Notes under the pieces: generated by a model
Told to the model about the DNA's origin: nothing
Databases searched by the model: none
The model's input: only the letters and a program-made list of their open reading frames with translations
Origin: Escherichia coli
GTDB taxonomy: Bacteria > Pseudomonadota > Gammaproteobacteria > Enterobacterales > Enterobacteriaceae
Assembly (NCBI RefSeq): GCF_013122565.1
Contig: NZ_CP053258.1
Reading direction: 5' to 3' (one strand)
Length of the DNA: 64,000 nucleotides
Translations under genes and position numbers: made by a program
In this document: positions 62,348-64,000 of the stretch, piece after piece
How the letters are laid out: each line of letters opens with the position of its first letter
How positions within the stretch are numbered: position 1 is the stretch's first letter

Positions 62348-63360
62348 TTATTGAACGTTGTCGTGAACTGGCGTTGCGAGCGCCCGCCAGAGTGGTTTTT
62401 CCGGATGCGTTAGATCAACGTGTGCTGAAAGCTGCGCAATATTTACATCAACAAGGTCTGGCAACGCCCATTCTGGTCGCTAATCCGTTTGAACTTCGTC
62501 AGTTTGCGCTCAGTCATGGCGTAGCGATGGACGGGCTACAGGTGATTGATCCGCATGGCAACCTCGCAATGCGGGAAGAATTTGCTCATCGCTGGCTGGC
62601 CCGCGCGGGCGAAAAAACGCCGCCGGATGCGCTGGAAAAACTTACCGATCCGCTGATGTTCGCCGCCGCAATGGTCAGCGCCGGTAAAGCGGATGTCTGT
62701 ATCGCGGGCAATCTCTCTTCCACGGCGAATGTGCTGCGTGCCGGATTACGCATTATTGGCTTGCAGCCAGGCTGTAAAACGCTCTCATCCATTTTCCTGA
62801 TGCTGCCACAGTACAGCGGTCCGGCGTTGGGTTTTGCCGATTGCAGCGTGGTGCCACAGCCGACGGCGGCACAACTGGCGGATATCGCGCTTGCCAGCGC
62901 CGAAACCTGGCAGGCCATCACCGGAGAAGAACCGCGCGTGGCGATGCTGTCGTTTTCCAGCAATGGTAGCGCCCGTCACCCCTGCGTTGCCAACGTCCAG
63001 CAGGCGACAGAAATCGTCCGTGAGCGCGCACCAAAGCTGGTTGTCGATGGCGAGTTGCAGTTTGACGCCGCCTTCGTGCCGGAAGTGGCGGCGCAAAAAG
63101 CGCCTGCCAGCCCGCTACAAGGCAAAGCCAATGTGATGGTTTTTCCGTCGCTGGAGGCAGGAAATATTGGCTACAAAATCGCACAACGACTCGGCGGATA
63201 TCGTGCCGTCGGGCCATTGATACAAGGGCTTGCCGCGCCGATGCACGATCTCTCTCGTGGTTGTAGCGTGCAGGAAATTATCGAGCTGGCGCTGGTGGCA
63301 GCTGTGCCGCGTCAGACAGAAGTGAACCGCGAAAGCAGTTTACAAACACTGGTTGAATGA
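62344..63360 (+). CDS. eutD: Phosphotransacetylase (PTA-type) of the eut operon
   Basis: 338 aa; [34 protein letters not shown]...; PTA catalytic-domain fold; 4-nt overlap with eutT. Confidence 0.92.
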   Translation: MIIERCRELALRAPARVVFPDALDQRVLKAAQYLHQQGLATPILVANPFELRQFALSHGVAMDGLQVIDPHGNLAMREEFAHRWLARAGEKTPPDALEKLTDPLMFAAAMVSAGKADVCIAGNLSSTANVLRAGLRIIGLQPGCKTLSSIFLMLPQYSGPALGFADCSVVPQPTAAQLADIALASAETWQAITGEEPRVAMLSFSSNGSARHPCVANVQQATEIVRERAPKLVVDGELQFDAAFVPEVAAQKAPASPLQGKANVMVFPSLEAGNIGYKIAQRLGGYRAVGPLIQGLAAPMHDLSRGCSVQEIIELALVAAVPRQTEVNRESSLQTLVE

Positions 63361-63398
63361 ACGGTCCCGTTCTGGACCCTGATAAAGAGGAAAGCACA

Positions 63399-63692
63399 AT
63401 GGAAGCATTAGGAATGATCGAAACCCGGGGCCTGGTTGCACTGATTGAGGCTTCTGACGCGATGGTGAAAGCTGCGCGCGTCAAGCTGGTTGGTGTTAAG
63501 CAGATTGGCGGCGGCCTGTGTACTGCCATGGTTCGTGGTGATGTTGCAGCCTGTAAAGCAGCGACCGATGCCGGTGCCGCAGCGGCACAGCGTATCGGCG
63601 AGCTGGTATCTGTACACGTTATCCCGCGTCCGCACGGCGACCTGGAAGAAGTGTTCCCGATCGGCCTGAAAGGCGATAGCAGCAACCTGTAA
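63399..63692 (+). CDS. eutM: Ethanolamine-utilisation BMC-domain shell protein
   Basis: ORF trimmed to [33 protein letters not shown]... (97 aa); AAGAGG RBS. Confidence 0.93.
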   Translation: MEALGMIETRGLVALIEASDAMVKAARVKLVGVKQIGGGLCTAMVRGDVAACKAATDAGAAAAQRIGELVSVHVIPRPHGDLEEVFPIGLKGDSSNL

Positions 63693-63798
63693 TCACCCTG
63701 TGTGACGTCGATTCGGGCGTCACGCTCTCTCATTTTTCATTTTACCTTCCGCGGAGGGTAGGGGGAGCTTTTACCTGAAATACGCCACGGAGGCGGGT

Positions 63799-64000
63799 AT
63801 GAAACTGGCAGTCGTCACTGGACAAATTGTTTGTACCGTACGCCATCACGGACTGGCGCATGACAAATTGCTGATGGTGGAAATGATTGATCCACAAGGT
63901 AATCCTGACGGGCAATGCGCCGTCGCCATCGACAATATTGGCGCGGGAACCGGGGAGTGGGTGTTGCTGGTGAGTGGCAGTTCTGCCCGCCAGGCGCATA
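63799..64000 (+). CDS. eutN: Ethanolamine-utilisation BMC vertex protein EutN (5' fragment; truncated by window end)
   Basis: MKLAVVTGQIVCTVRHHGLAHDKLLMVEMIDPQGNPDGQCAVAIDNIGAGTGEWVLLVSGSSARQAH...; an open frame in the ORF track only as a partial; GGAGG RBS upstream. Confidence 0.85.
   Translation, partial: MKLAVVTGQIVCTVRHHGLAHDKLLMVEMIDPQGNPDGQCAVAIDNIGAGTGEWVLLVSGSSARQAH

Overview
This window reads as a contiguous, uninterrupted stretch of Escherichia coli core chromosome, in reverse orientation to the usual K-12 map, running xseA - guaBA - yfgIHG - pdeF - ppx/ppk - purNM - upp/uraA - hda - yfgD - bepA - perM - focB - hyfR - hyfJIHGFEDCBA - bcp - gcvR - dapA - bamC - purC - ypfJ - tmcA - ypfH - ypfN - dapE - yffB - ypfM - acrD - narQ - aegA - nudK - ypfG - tktB/talA - maeB - eutSPQTDMN (eutN truncated by the window end). 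I identified genes by reading the translated ORFs against protein families I recognise; no database search was run, so identities and trimmed start codons are recollection-based. Coding density is high and I found no tRNA/rRNA genes, CRISPR arrays, insertion sequences, integrases or prophage-like blocks. I do not see evidence for a previously undescribed system here. The most system-like loci are the complete hydrogenase-4 (hyf) operon with its sigma54 promoter and the 5' half of the ethanolamine microcompartment (eut) operon, both already described. What is worth a second look is mostly regulatory or small-scale: a perfect FNR-type palindrome in an AT-rich island upstream of pdeF, PurR-like operators at three purine-regulon promoters, a BaeR-box match upstream of acrD, a consensus DnaA box inside guaB, the 19-codon ypfM micro-ORF, a probable CUG start for hda, five REP clusters, and a few conserved genes of unknown function (ypfG, ypfJ, yfgG/H/I).
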